From assembly GCA_036524155.1 (NCBI GenBank), contig DATDCV010000045.1, positions 260 to 64,259 on the forward strand: a stretch of 64,000 nt of DNA. The letters are read 5' to 3'. The stretch is from Verrucomicrobiia bacterium. Its GTDB lineage: Bacteria > Verrucomicrobiota > Verrucomicrobiia > Limisphaerales > UBA8199. Below are positions 21,770 through 32,019 of this stretch, piece after piece. Position 1 is the stretch's first letter; each line of letters begins with the position of its first letter. The position numbers were made by a program, and so were the translations under genes. The notes under the pieces were generated by a model. It had not been told where the DNA came from, did no database searches, and saw only the letters and a list, made by a program, of their open reading frames with translations.

Positions 21770-21880
21770 TATCGCCTCAGTCTTGGGTCGGAGCGCCGAT
21801 TTTCAATCGGCTTGAGCGAACCGACGGCCTCCTGTAAGCCGAGTAAAACTCGGCGCTCCGACCCAAGACTGAGGGAGTAC
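21770..21880. mobile_element. MITE copy 3
   Basis: 111-bp element flanked by a perfect direct repeat cccgtgagg (21761-21769 and 21881-21889). The left repeat contains the TGA stop of the upstream gene. Confidence 0.9.
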
Positions 21881-22060
21881 CCCGTGAGGCCTGCTGGTCC
21901 ACCGATCCGGTTTGGCCGCAGCGTGGCGGGTCAACGCCGGGCCGGAGGAATCTGCCGCAAACCCGAGAGGTGAGGTGATGGACCCCCTGGGAAAAACCGG
22001 GGAAGAAAAGTGTTGTAATTGAGACTGAGTCTCAATATGCTGGCCCCGAATTTTACGTCT

Positions 22061-22888
22061 ATGTCGAGATTCACCGCCAAATTGCCGATCGGCCTCGTTG
22101 CCCTCATCGTGTGTTCAGCGCCTTATTGCTGCCGGGCGAACGAACGGAATTTCACCTATACGTACGAGCCCGAGACTCTGCCGAAGGGCGGCTTGGAATA
22201 TGAGCAGTGGGTCACACTGCGTGCCGGACGCAATGCGGCCGTGGGCCAGGACGACTTTAACCTCTGGGAGTTCCGCCACGAGTTCGAATACGGACTGGCC
22301 GACAATTACACCGTCTCGCTTTACGTGAACCATAGCCTCGAGAATTTCAACGAACCGGGCGGCGGCGGCCACCACTCGCACTATGCGTTCGATGGCGTGT
22401 CGCTTGAGAACCGCTACCTGGCGATGAACCCGGTCGACCATGCGGTCGGGCTGGCGCTGTATCTCGAACCACGGTACTCCGGGGACGAAGCCGAACTGGA
22501 GCAGAAAATCATTTTGGGCCAGCGCTACGGGGATTGGAAGTGGGCCCTCAACCTGACTCACGCTACCGAATGGGAAGACGACTTCCGCAGCACCGAAGGC
22601 GAAGTGGAGTTGAGTCTCGGGGTCATCCGCCGCCTGGGCAAACACTGGAGCCTGGGCGTGGAGGCCCGCGACCACAACGAGTTGCCCGAGTACAGCGTTT
22701 GGGAAAACACCGCGTTTTATCTCGGGCCGGTGGTGTCGTACCAGCGGGAGAAATGGTGGGCCACGCTTACCGTGATGCCCCAGGTTTTCGGGGCCAATTT
22801 CCAGGACAATCCCAGCCGCAGCGACCACCTCGAACTCGAAGGGCATGAGCGCTGGAATGTCCGCCTGATCTTCGGATTTGGATTCTGA
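22061..22888 (+). CDS. Putative outer-membrane beta-barrel protein
   Basis: Signal-like start MSRFTAKLPIGLVALIV, alternating-pattern strands, C-terminal ...RLIFGFGF ending in an aromatic residue. ORF 22019..22888. Confidence 0.45.
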   Translation: MSRFTAKLPIGLVALIVCSAPYCCRANERNFTYTYEPETLPKGGLEYEQWVTLRAGRNAAVGQDDFNLWEFRHEFEYGLADNYTVSLYVNHSLENFNEPGGGGHHSHYAFDGVSLENRYLAMNPVDHAVGLALYLEPRYSGDEAELEQKIILGQRYGDWKWALNLTHATEWEDDFRSTEGEVELSLGVIRRLGKHWSLGVEARDHNELPEYSVWENTAFYLGPVVSYQREKWWATLTVMPQVFGANFQDNPSRSDHLELEGHERWNVRLIFGFGF

Positions 22889-23402
22889 GCGTATGAGGCT
22901 GACCGCGACACCAGCCTTCGGGCCGAGGCCCGGGGGGAAAGCCGGAAAAGAAACGCGAACCCGCGGGAGGCTCGCCAAGCGATCTTCATTCCATTTGCTC
23001 GGCCTGCTACTCGTCGCGCTGAGCCTGCCGGCCCCCGCAGGCCGGAGCGCGGAGATTGCTCCCGACCCGACCGAGGTGGGGCGGAAACTATACCAGAATC
23101 GCTGCGCGAAGTGCCACCAGATGTACGATCCCGCGAAATATACTGACACCCAGTGGCAGACGTGGATGACGAAGATGGGCAAAAAGGCGAAGCTTCGTCC
23201 CGCCGAAAAGCAAATGGTCTTGCAGTATGTCGAACAAAGCCTGAGGGCATCTGTGAAGACAAGCGCGCGGGTGACCAAGGCCCGGTCGCCCGGCGGTGCC
23301 GAGGCGGCAGGGAGCCGCATCGCGATAGAGGAAGGCCAGCCCTCGCCGCCAGACTGGTCCGGTCACAGTCCTGGGGGCGCCTCGCTCACGGCTCCGCGGT
23401 AA
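22878..23402 (+). CDS. Small exported c-type-cytochrome-like protein
   Basis: Single CAKCH (CxxCH) haem motif after a hydrophobic segment [15 protein letters not shown]. Overlaps the previous gene by 11 nt. Confidence 0.5.
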   Translation: MDSERMRLTATPAFGPRPGGKAGKETRTRGRLAKRSSFHLLGLLLVALSLPAPAGRSAEIAPDPTEVGRKLYQNRCAKCHQMYDPAKYTDTQWQTWMTKMGKKAKLRPAEKQMVLQYVEQSLRASVKTSARVTKARSPGGAEAAGSRIAIEEGQPSPPDWSGHSPGGASLTAPR

Positions 23403-26151
23403 TCGCCAGCAGGAAGGGCGCCGCGTCAGACATCGCCGAGACATAATCCAGCGAAACAATCTCAGTTCCCGGCAACGGATTGACCCAGGTGCTCTTGAAC
23501 AGGCGCACTGAGTAACGGGCATCGTTTAACCCCCGCCAAACGATTTTGGCCCGTGGCGACGTGCTTGAGCCGTCACCGCCCTCGTACCAATCCCGCAGGT
23601 CTTCCCCATAGATGAGGGGAATGGCCTCCTCGTGCCCGTTGGCGTAGTGAAGGATGTAGGCCCCCGCTTGAGCCCCGTCACGCGCGCGATACCCGGTGCC
23701 GTGCAGAAAATGGAGCTGCCGGCAGGCTTGCCCGATCTTCATCCCGCTGATCTGCTGCGGATATCGCCCGCCGGCATCGCGGAGTTTCTTCCCCGAAAGC
23801 TGCACAATTCCCCGCACGTCGAACGCCGTGTCGCCCATCTGCAACACGCCGGTCGGCAACGTTGCCAGGTTGTTGTTCTCAACCCCCGGGTGCCAGGTTT
23901 GCCCGAAAGCGGCATTGTAGTACTCCGATAAATCAATCAGGTTGGCGGGCGTAAATGGAAGGCGGCCGGGAATGAGCCGGGCGAATTCGCGCTGAGGCGA
24001 AAGCAACTTCGCCAGGTCCGCCGGCGGCAAAGGCAATTGTTCCACCCTCTGGGCGTCCCGCGGCGCGGCGAAACCCGAATGCCCCGCGTGCGGCGCCGAA
24101 TTCCCGGCCCGCGGAACGCGAAAGGGCTCGACACCAGGCGGGGGTGGGAGGAATGAGGGACCGCCACGCGGGCCTGAAGTCTGAATCGAACGGTGGATTT
24201 CGGTGATCACCAGGCTCGTGATCGGCCATTCCGGCGGAGCGCCTGCCAGTTCCTGCGCCCAATTCGAGAGATCGATTCGCATCTGCAGCACCAGGTTGTT
24301 GGAACTGTTGACCCAGGCCGTTACCGGGATACGCGCCTGGTCGGCAACCCCTTCCCGGACGCCGAGCCGCGCCAGAAACGGCTTGGCCTCATGCTCCCAT
24401 TGGAGGATGCGCACGCGCTGGCCTTCAATCTCGTCGTAGCCCCTGGGCTGGATGTTGCCCGCCTCATCCAAAAACCGCTCGGCCGCCTTTCGATCCAAAA
24501 ACAGGCGATACACGGGCAGGATCGCGAATGGCTCGATGGGGGGTGGCAGTTGTTCGAGATGTCCGAACAGGTTTCGCTCCAGGTCGGGAGGGAGCGCCTG
24601 GAACTGGCCGAGGGCCGGGGCATACAAAACCATTCGGGGACCATCCCGCAGAAACTGGACCTGGGTCTCGGGTGTGGTGAGGCTGCTTCGTAGCGCGAAA
24701 TTCACCCGGTCGGGCGCCTCAAAAATCATCGACCCCGAGCTGGTCATCGGCGCGGTGTTGCCGCCGAGCCCGAGCTCGACTTTGGTCTCCAGGGCGTCGC
24801 GATATGCGCCCAGGCGACCATAAACCTCCTCCAATCGCCGGGCGGTCGTCACGGCCAGGTTGGCCTCGTGGTATCGCGACCACACCGGACCCAGCAGCAG
24901 GTAGCTGAACAGCAGCACCGCCGCCGCTCCGAACCCCAGCACCATCCCTCGTCGCCCAGCCTTCTTTTGCCGGCGCACTTCCGCTTCGGGCATGTTGGTC
25001 TGGATCCAGGCCAGGTCGAAAACATGCCGATATATTCGGTTCCGGACCTGGAGGAATCCGTTCACTCCCCTGGCGATGCCCGACAGGTGCAATATGCTCA
25101 CCAGGGGGTTCGTTTCATCGTCAGGGACCAACTCGCCGAGGTGGATCCTCCGGTAGAGCAACAACAGCCCGGTCACGTCCACCTCGCTGCGCAAAACCCG
25201 CTCCCGGACAAAGATCAGGTTGTCGTCCCGGTCGCGCGCCTGCCGTGAAAGGAACAGCTTCTCCGCCGCGCGATCCACCTCCCTGATGGTCGGGAGCACT
25301 GGCGGGACCTGGCGCGCCGGAGCGGCCTCCAGGGCTTGCGTCGCCAGGATGCTTTCCGCCAGTTCGCGGCATAGCCGCTGCGTTAGATACGGGTGGCCGC
25401 CGGTCCAGTAAAGCACCCGCGCCAGCAATTCACGGGCGGTTTGTTCATCCGCACCCAGGCCCGCCGCCAGCGGCGAGCCCTCCGCCGCGGTGAAATCATT
25501 TAGCTCGATCCGCCGGCCGATGTTGAACGGCGTCATCCGGGTGTCGCGAATCAAGTCCGTCGGTGTCGCTACACCCAGCAACCCGAAAGCCAGACGGTTG
25601 AACGCCGGCTCGTGCGCCCGGCGATTGTAGCACTCGCGGATCGCGGCGAAAAACTCATCGGTTGAAAAGGGCAGGCTGCGGACAATGTCGATCTCGTCCA
25701 CGAAAATGACCACCTCGCTGGCCAACTCCTTCAGGACGACATTTTCCAGCGCGCCGGTCCAACGCTGCAAAGGCCCAAGCTCCGGGTGCGATCCCCAGAA
25801 CTCCACCAATTCGTCCTCGAGTTTTAGCTGCTGGCCCAGGCGCGAGATCAGCCCGTCGTACCACTGCTCGATCGTCAGATTCTGGCCTATCGCTGTGAGA
25901 TCCAGGACCGCGACCGACACCCCTTCCTGGCGCAGGCGTTGCACGGTGCGGATCATCAGCGAGGATTTCCCCATCTGCCGGGAAGTCAGCACATAGCAAA
26001 ACTCGCCGTTCAGCAGGCATTGACTTAGTTCCTTGTCGGCCTGACGCTCGATGTACGAAGGCGCATCCGGGCGCAGTGTGCCGCCCGTGACATAAAAATC
26101 GCCGCCCGTCCGGACTTCCGTGCGAGGTGGTTGGATTGGCGGTTGGGACAT
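23386..26151 (-). CDS. P-loop NTPase (AAA_35-like) - single TM helix - ~500-aa extracytoplasmic region
   Basis: Walker A SRQMGKSS, Walker [16 protein letters not shown] and GGHPYL motifs. TM helix [23 protein letters not shown] at aa ~403-424. Beta-rich C-terminal module (IDLSEYYNA...LHFLHGTGY...AITAEP). Confidence 0.85.
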   Translation of the reverse strand: MSQPPIQPPRTEVRTGGDFYVTGGTLRPDAPSYIERQADKELSQCLLNGEFCYVLTSRQMGKSSLMIRTVQRLRQEGVSVAVLDLTAIGQNLTIEQWYDGLISRLGQQLKLEDELVEFWGSHPELGPLQRWTGALENVVLKELASEVVIFVDEIDIVRSLPFSTDEFFAAIRECYNRRAHEPAFNRLAFGLLGVATPTDLIRDTRMTPFNIGRRIELNDFTAAEGSPLAAGLGADEQTARELLARVLYWTGGHPYLTQRLCRELAESILATQALEAAPARQVPPVLPTIREVDRAAEKLFLSRQARDRDDNLIFVRERVLRSEVDVTGLLLLYRRIHLGELVPDDETNPLVSILHLSGIARGVNGFLQVRNRIYRHVFDLAWIQTNMPEAEVRRQKKAGRRGMVLGFGAAAVLLFSYLLLGPVWSRYHEANLAVTTARRLEEVYGRLGAYRDALETKVELGLGGNTAPMTSSGSMIFEAPDRVNFALRSSLTTPETQVQFLRDGPRMVLYAPALGQFQALPPDLERNLFGHLEQLPPPIEPFAILPVYRLFLDRKAAERFLDEAGNIQPRGYDEIEGQRVRILQWEHEAKPFLARLGVREGVADQARIPVTAWVNSSNNLVLQMRIDLSNWAQELAGAPPEWPITSLVITEIHRSIQTSGPRGGPSFLPPPPGVEPFRVPRAGNSAPHAGHSGFAAPRDAQRVEQLPLPPADLAKLLSPQREFARLIPGRLPFTPANLIDLSEYYNAAFGQTWHPGVENNNLATLPTGVLQMGDTAFDVRGIVQLSGKKLRDAGGRYPQQISGMKIGQACRQLHFLHGTGYRARDGAQAGAYILHYANGHEEAIPLIYGEDLRDWYEGGDGSSTSPRAKIVWRGLNDARYSVRLFKSTWVNPLPGTEIVSLDYVSAMSDAAPFLLAITAEP

Positions 26152-26206
26152 AAATGCCGGCAGGCTACGCCGGGCTTGGCGCCGCGCGGCGCCGGTAACG
26201 TTCCCC

Positions 26207-27757
26207 TTAATGCAGGTGTCGCCGCAGGTATATTGCGTACAGCCGGCACCGCGAACGTGCCTCCTCCGGCGTATGCCCGATGAGCAGTCCGGCGCTCCGG
26301 AGCCGGTCGAAGCTCTCAGCGCTTGGGCAGGGCTCCGAGTTCAACACGTGGCGCATCGCCCGCGTCAGCGCCTCGTCCCGAACCAGGATGACCAGGATTC
26401 GCCGCAAATGGTCCCCGTAGAACGACTCGTCGCGCGCGGCGTGCTCTTCAAAGTTGTCAAACGACAGCCGGCGCGTCGCCAGTTCGTGCAGGCCGCGGCG
26501 CACCAGGTATGGCTGGCCGCCCACCAGCCGGTAAAACCGGTTCAGTTCTTCCTGGGTCTTGATCGCGTTGCTATATCGGCGATTCAGCTCCGCCACCTGC
26601 GTCGGCGAGAAATCCTCCAACCCCAGCCGCGTGCCCACGTTAAATGGCGATTGGTTCAAGTCGGTGATAAACAGGTGCGCCTCGGTCGCATACGCGATCG
26701 CTATCGTGAGGGCCGACCATGGGCCCGCCGGGTCGAGCGCCCGTTCGTTATGCCATGACCGAAGCAGCCCGAAGACTTCGTTGCCGAAAGGCGTCCCGAA
26801 CAACCGGTCCACCTCGTCCAGCGCCCACACCAGCGGCGCGTCGAATCGGGCCAGCACTTCCCGCCGCATGAAACGTTCGAAATTGGCATTCGGACCACGA
26901 CGCTCATCCCACGTGTCGGCCGGAAACACTTCCAGGTCCAACTGGTTAACAATCGACTCCGCCAGTCCTTTGTACAGGTGGTTGAGCGTCCGGAAACTGT
27001 CGGCGTTGAATTTCTGCAAGTCTGTTGACACCGCCTTGCTTCCTGCCTCGCGCGCATACTGGAGTCCCCGGGCCAGCAACGACGTCTTGCCCATCTGCCG
27101 CGCTCCTTTGATGAGAATGATGCTGTCGCGTTTCGCGATCGCCGTTTGCAGGTCTCCATCCGCCTGCCGGGCGATGTAGAATTCCGAGTCCAGCGGCACC
27201 GCGCCCCCGATTGCTTCCAGCGCCATCGGCCGCGATCGGCCGGGCGCCGCCACCGGCCGCGCCGGCTCGGTCACCGGCAGGGATATCGGCTCCTCAGCCG
27301 CACGCATGGCGCCCTCCCGGGGCAGGTGTTTGAGCGCCTCTGCGAGTTCCGTCACCAGGCCAAGGTTGTCCTCTTCGCCTTCCCACAAATAATACTGTAC
27401 CGGGTCGAGGATGCTTGCCAGCGGCTCCGGCAACGGCCCCGTGTACTTGACCCGCACCGGGAACAACCGCGGCCGGCCCTGCTGCAACTGCGCCGCCTCG
27501 TGTGCCGTCTCGATCTCAAACCCGAGCATCTCGCTGTAAATCGCATCCGCCGAAAGCAACGGAATCACCGCGTCCGCCGACCGGATCCGGGCTTCGAGCT
27601 CGCGGGCCCAATCCACTCCCATCGTAAGATGCCGGTCCAGGAAGATGCTGCAGCCGCTGCTGCCAAGCTGGCTTTCCAGGGACTTGACCAGCTCCTGGTC
27701 CGGATGACCGTCCCGCTTATACAGTAACACCACCTCAACCTTCTTCGTCGCTGTCAT
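26207..27757 (-). CDS. TIR-domain protein fused to P-loop NTPase (AAA_35-like)
   Basis: N-terminal TIR-like segments [11 protein letters not shown] / [15 protein letters not shown] / [23 protein letters not shown]. Walker [10 protein letters not shown], Walker [25 protein letters not shown] 27757 preceded by ggag (ORF track starts at GTG 27772). Confidence 0.85.
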   Translation of the reverse strand: MTATKKVEVVLLYKRDGHPDQELVKSLESQLGSSGCSIFLDRHLTMGVDWARELEARIRSADAVIPLLSADAIYSEMLGFEIETAHEAAQLQQGRPRLFPVRVKYTGPLPEPLASILDPVQYYLWEGEEDNLGLVTELAEALKHLPREGAMRAAEEPISLPVTEPARPVAAPGRSRPMALEAIGGAVPLDSEFYIARQADGDLQTAIAKRDSIILIKGARQMGKTSLLARGLQYAREAGSKAVSTDLQKFNADSFRTLNHLYKGLAESIVNQLDLEVFPADTWDERRGPNANFERFMRREVLARFDAPLVWALDEVDRLFGTPFGNEVFGLLRSWHNERALDPAGPWSALTIAIAYATEAHLFITDLNQSPFNVGTRLGLEDFSPTQVAELNRRYSNAIKTQEELNRFYRLVGGQPYLVRRGLHELATRRLSFDNFEEHAARDESFYGDHLRRILVILVRDEALTRAMRHVLNSEPCPSAESFDRLRSAGLLIGHTPEEARSRCRLYAIYLRRHLH

Positions 27758-27990
27758 AGGACTCCGCCGCACACGTTAGCCTTTATCGCGCCTGTGGGGG
27801 CACTTCAATCGGGTTTCTTCGCTCCCGTTCAAATACAGCACTGAACCCACTGCTGCAAACCATTTAAATAAGGAAGGGGGCCTCCAGGCCCCCTTTCAGG
27901 CCTCGCGGGATAACTCCGGCCGAAGCCGGAGCGGAAGCCATGGGCCTCATCATACCGCTCGGCTCGTCGCCGTCAATCCCAGCCGCGGGG

Positions 27991-28100
27991 TACCCCTCAG
28001 TGTTGGGTCGGAGTGCCGATTTCTAATCGGCTTAAGCGCGCCGACGGCCGCGTGTAAGCCGAGTGCAACTCGGCGCTCCGACCCAAGACTGAGGCGATGC
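27991..28100. mobile_element. MITE copy 4
   Basis: 110-bp element. Flanks gccgcggg / gccgcgga match 7/8. Confidence 0.85.
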
Positions 28101-28169
28101 GCCGCGGATTTCCACTCGACCGCGAAGCGCCCGGACGTTATTGTCGCCGGGCTTCACCCGAAGCGAATT

Positions 28170-28649
28170 ATGGACGAGCTACTGAACATCCTGCAGGCAA
28201 ACGCGCTCGAATCGCGCGAGAACATCGGTCGTATGCTGGGCCTTTCAGCCGCGGAGGTGGACCAGCGCATTCGCCAATACGAGAAACAGGGGGTCATCCG
28301 GGGCTACCAGGCCATCCTGAACGAGGACCAGCTTGACCTCGAGAAAGTCACCGCGGTGATCGAGGTGAAAGTCACCCCGCAGCGTGAGGGCGGCTTCGAC
28401 GTTATCGCCCGGCGGATCAGCGGCTTTTCGGAAGTCCGGTCGGCCTACCTGATGAGCGGCACCTACGATTTGCTGCTGTTCGTCGAAGGCCGCAATTTGC
28501 GGGAAGTGGCGGCGTTTGTCAGCGAACGGCTCTCGCCGCTGGAAGGGGTCCTCTCCACCTCCACTCATTTCATGCTCAAAACCTACAAGCGCTTCGGCGT
28601 CTTGATGCACCACGAACAATCCGATGAACGCCTCAGCGTCTCTCCGTGA
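28170..28649 (+). CDS. Lrp/AsnC-family transcriptional regulator
   Basis: N-terminal HTH (NIGRMLGLSAAEVDQRIRQYEKQGVIRGY) plus a RAM-like C-terminal domain. Confidence 0.9.
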   Translation: MDELLNILQANALESRENIGRMLGLSAAEVDQRIRQYEKQGVIRGYQAILNEDQLDLEKVTAVIEVKVTPQREGGFDVIARRISGFSEVRSAYLMSGTYDLLLFVEGRNLREVAAFVSERLSPLEGVLSTSTHFMLKTYKRFGVLMHHEQSDERLSVSP

Positions 28650-29808
28650 TCGCCTGAACACCACGGTTCGCGACATCCCGCGCTCGGGCATCCGGGATTT
28701 TTTCGACATCGTCACGACCATGAAGGACGTGATCAGTCTCGGCATCGGCGAGCCGGACTTTGATACGCCGTGGCACGTCCGGGAGTCCACCGTGTTCGCC
28801 CTGGAGCGGGGCGCCACCCATTACACCAGCAACCTCGGTTACCTGGACCTTCGCCGCGCGCTCGCGCGCTACGTACGCAAGGTTTTCGGCGCCGATTACG
28901 ACCCCGACAGCGAAGTGCTCATCACGGTGGGGGTGAGCGAGGCGCTCGACCTCGCCCTGCGCGCGTTGCTCAATCCCGGCGACGAAGTTCTCTATCACGA
29001 GCCCTGCTATGTGTCGTATCGCGCCACCGTGCTGTTCGCCCACGGGGTGCCGGTCGAGGTCCCCACCCGAGCCGAGAATGGGTTCCGCCTCACGCGCGCC
29101 ATGCTTGAAAACAAGGTGACGCCCCGGACGAAGGTGCTGATGCTCAACTTCCCGAATAACCCCACCGGCGCCGTCATGAGCCGGTCGGACCTCGAGGACA
29201 TCGCCGCCTTCGCCCGCGAGCACGACCTCATCGTCATCACGGACGATATCTACGGCGAGTTGACCTACGACGCGCCGCACACCAGCATTGTGAGTCTCCC
29301 CGGCTTGCGCGATCGCACGATCTTTCTTCACGGCTTCTCCAAGGCCTGGGCCATGACCGGCTTTCGCCTGGGCTATGCATGCGGTCCCGCCGAGCTCATC
29401 GAAGCCATGATGAAGATCCACCAATACACCATGCTCTGCGCCTCATCCCTGAGCCAGAAGGCCGCCGTCGAAGCGCTCGCCCGGCCTGAGACCGACGTCG
29501 CGGAGATGGTCGCCGAATATCGCCGCCGCAGAAACTATATCGTCGGCGCCTTTTCCGAGATGGGTCTGGAATGCCATCGGCCCCTCGGCGCTTTCTACGC
29601 CTTCCCCAGCGTGGCGAAATTCGGCTTGTCCTCGCGCGATTTCGCCCTTCAACTCCTCCACGAGGAGAAGGTTGCGGTCGTGCCCGGCACCGCCTTTGGC
29701 GCCTGCGGCGAAGGGTTCGTCCGGTGCGCTTACGCCACCAGCATGGAAAACATAAAAGAAGCTATGGCCAGGCTGGCGAAGTTCATCCGGCGGCATCCGC
29801 CAACCTAA
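28624..29808 (+). CDS. Class I/II PLP-dependent aminotransferase (aspartate aminotransferase-like)
   Basis: LGIGEPDFDTP, NPTGAV, SKAWAMTGFRLGY (PLP lysine) motifs. Confidence 0.9.
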   Translation: MNASASLRDRLNTTVRDIPRSGIRDFFDIVTTMKDVISLGIGEPDFDTPWHVRESTVFALERGATHYTSNLGYLDLRRALARYVRKVFGADYDPDSEVLITVGVSEALDLALRALLNPGDEVLYHEPCYVSYRATVLFAHGVPVEVPTRAENGFRLTRAMLENKVTPRTKVLMLNFPNNPTGAVMSRSDLEDIAAFAREHDLIVITDDIYGELTYDAPHTSIVSLPGLRDRTIFLHGFSKAWAMTGFRLGYACGPAELIEAMMKIHQYTMLCASSLSQKAAVEALARPETDVAEMVAEYRRRRNYIVGAFSEMGLECHRPLGAFYAFPSVAKFGLSSRDFALQLLHEEKVAVVPGTAFGACGEGFVRCAYATSMENIKEAMARLAKFIRRHPPT

Positions 29809-29893
29809 CGTCGCGGTCTGGTGGCGGACCTTTCGCCGGCCTTCCCTGTGCTGTCGTGAGCTTCCGCGTGCCCGGCACTCTAATCAGGCGATC

Positions 29894-31216
29894 ATGACGA
29901 ATGCCCCAACCGACGCGCCCGGCCCGTCCAGGCAGTCCCCCTGGCGGCAAATCGGAATCCTCTACGGCCGCGAGCTCCGGGCCGCTTTGCGGGAAAAAAT
30001 GATCGTCATTAACAGCATTCTCATTCCCGTCTTCCTTTACCCCTTCCTGCTCTGGGTTGCTTTCACCGGTCTCATGTTTGTCATGGGCCAGACGGAAGGT
30101 TTCACCTCCCGGGTCGTCGTGCGGCAACCGCCCCGGGAGCATTCCGGCTTGTCCAAGCGGCTGGAAACGAATCCTCAGATCCAGTTGCTCGCCACCCGCG
30201 CCCCGGTGGCTGCCCTCCGGGAGCAGATCAAGGAAGGCAGCCTCGACCTGTTGGTCGAGTTCCTGCCCCCGCGCCAGCCCGGCGCGGCGCTGCCGGGTAA
30301 CTTCGAGGTGCGCCTCGCCTTTGACCAGTCCAAGGAAAGAAGCGTTGAGGCCCGCGGCCGGGTCAATGACATCGTCGAGCAATACCGCGCGGACTGGCTG
30401 AAGCGTGAAGCCCGCCGCCGTGGCGTGGCCGATTCGGCCTGGCAGGGGTTCACTCTGTCCTCCCACAACGTCGCATCCAGGAAGGAAATGGGCGCTTTTA
30501 TCCTCGGCCTGCTCGCGCCGGTCATCTTTGTCGTCATGGTCGCCATGGGTTGCTTTTATCCCGCGGTCGACGCTATCGCCGGCGAACGCGAACGCCAAAC
30601 CTGGGAAACCCTCATGTCCTCGGCCGCCTCGCGCCTCAACATTGTCGCGGCCAAGTACCTTTACGTCGTCACCCTCGGCGGCCTGGCCGGCATCCTCAAC
30701 CTCCTGGCGGTAATCCTCACGTTGCGCCCGGTGTTCGCGCCTTTGCTGAGCCGTACGGGGCGCGTGCTCGAATGCAGCGTCCCGTTGGCGGCGATTCCGG
30801 TCGCAGTTCTGGCCGCCGTGCTCCTGGCGGGCTTCGTTGCTGCCGGCATGATGATCTTCGCTTCGTTCGCGCGAACTTTCAAAGAGGGGCAGGCCATGGT
30901 CACGCCCTTCTACATGCTGATTCTTGTGCCGGTCGTCTTCCTGCAGGCGCCGGGGATCAAGTCCTCGCTGCTGCTGGCGATCGTCCCCATCGTGAACGTC
31001 ACGCTCATGCTCCGCGACGCTCTCTCGGGGCATTTTGTTTGGCCGCCGGCGCTCCTGACAGTGTTCGTCTCGCTCGCCGCGATCCTGTTGAGCCTGAAAC
31101 TGGCCGCCTTCATCATCCAGTTCGAGGACGTGGTGATGGGCTCATACAACGGCAGCCTGGCGAAATTCATCCGCCAGCGGGTCTGCAGGCGTCCCCCGCC
31201 GCCAAAACCCTCATGA
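29894..31216 (+). CDS. ABC-2-type (NatB-like) transporter permease
   Basis: 440 aa. N-terminal TM, large loop, then a C-terminal cluster of TM helices. ATGA overlap with the ATPase gene. Confidence 0.75.
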   Translation: MTNAPTDAPGPSRQSPWRQIGILYGRELRAALREKMIVINSILIPVFLYPFLLWVAFTGLMFVMGQTEGFTSRVVVRQPPREHSGLSKRLETNPQIQLLATRAPVAALREQIKEGSLDLLVEFLPPRQPGAALPGNFEVRLAFDQSKERSVEARGRVNDIVEQYRADWLKREARRRGVADSAWQGFTLSSHNVASRKEMGAFILGLLAPVIFVVMVAMGCFYPAVDAIAGERERQTWETLMSSAASRLNIVAAKYLYVVTLGGLAGILNLLAVILTLRPVFAPLLSRTGRVLECSVPLAAIPVAVLAAVLLAGFVAAGMMIFASFARTFKEGQAMVTPFYMLILVPVVFLQAPGIKSSLLLAIVPIVNVTLMLRDALSGHFVWPPALLTVFVSLAAILLSLKLAAFIIQFEDVVMGSYNGSLAKFIRQRVCRRPPPPKPS

Positions 31217-32019
31217 GTGCTCCAGTCTCCGTCCACAACCTGACGAAAACCTTTTACGACGAGAGCCGTGGCCAGGTCCGGGCCGTCGACGACGTCAGCT
31301 TCGAGTGCCGCCCCGCCGAGATCTTCGGCCTGCTCGGCGCCAACGGCGCCGGCAAGACCACTACCCTGCGGATGCTGGCGACGATTCTAAAGCCGACTTC
31401 CGGCCACGCCACCCTGATGGGCTACGACGTGGCCAACGATCCCGAGCGCGTGCGCCGCAATCTCGGCTTCAGTTCGTCCACCACCGCCCTCTATCCGCGG
31501 CTCACGGCGCGGGAGACCCTCGACTTCTTCGCTCGGATCAATGGGTTGCCCGAGGATCGGGTCGCCGAGCGCGTCGAATCGCTCATCCGGCGGTTCGGGA
31601 TCGCGTCCTACGCCGGAGCCCGAATCGACAAATTATCCCAGGGGATGAAACAAAAGGTCGCGATCGCCCGCACGGTGGTGCATGACCCGCCAGTCCTCAT
31701 CTTTGACGAACCCACCGTGGGTTTGGACGTCCTCAATGCCCTGGAGATGCAGCAGGTCATCGCCGAGTTCCGCGCCGAGGGGAAAACCATCATCTTCTCG
31801 ACGCATATCATGAGCGAGGCCGAAAAACTCTGCGACCGGATTGCCATCATCCACCAGGGTCGAATCCACGCCTGTGACACCCTCGCGAACCTGCGGACCG
31901 CGACCGGCCAGCATTACCTGGAGAACATCTTCGTCCATTTTGTCCAACAGGCGACGGCCAACGCACAGCCCTCACCGGCCGGGGCCAACCTGGAGGCTCA
32001 CGGGCCCGATCTAACTTGA
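31213..32019 (+). CDS. ABC transporter ATP-binding protein (NatA-like)
   Basis: GANGAGKTTT Walker A, LSQGMKQK signature, LIFDEPT Walker B. ORF 30550..32019 trimmed to ATG 31213. Confidence 0.92.
   Translation: MSAPVSVHNLTKTFYDESRGQVRAVDDVSFECRPAEIFGLLGANGAGKTTTLRMLATILKPTSGHATLMGYDVANDPERVRRNLGFSSSTTALYPRLTARETLDFFARINGLPEDRVAERVESLIRRFGIASYAGARIDKLSQGMKQKVAIARTVVHDPPVLIFDEPTVGLDVLNALEMQQVIAEFRAEGKTIIFSTHIMSEAEKLCDRIAIIHQGRIHACDTLANLRTATGQHYLENIFVHFVQQATANAQPSPAGANLEAHGPDLT

Noticed and set aside
27884-27901. GC hairpin gggggcctccaggccccc in the spacer upstream of the TIR gene, considered as a terminator.
   Set aside because: No gene reads into it on either strand, because the flanking genes are divergent. 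The T-run is only 3 nt on the plus strand. I left it unannotated.
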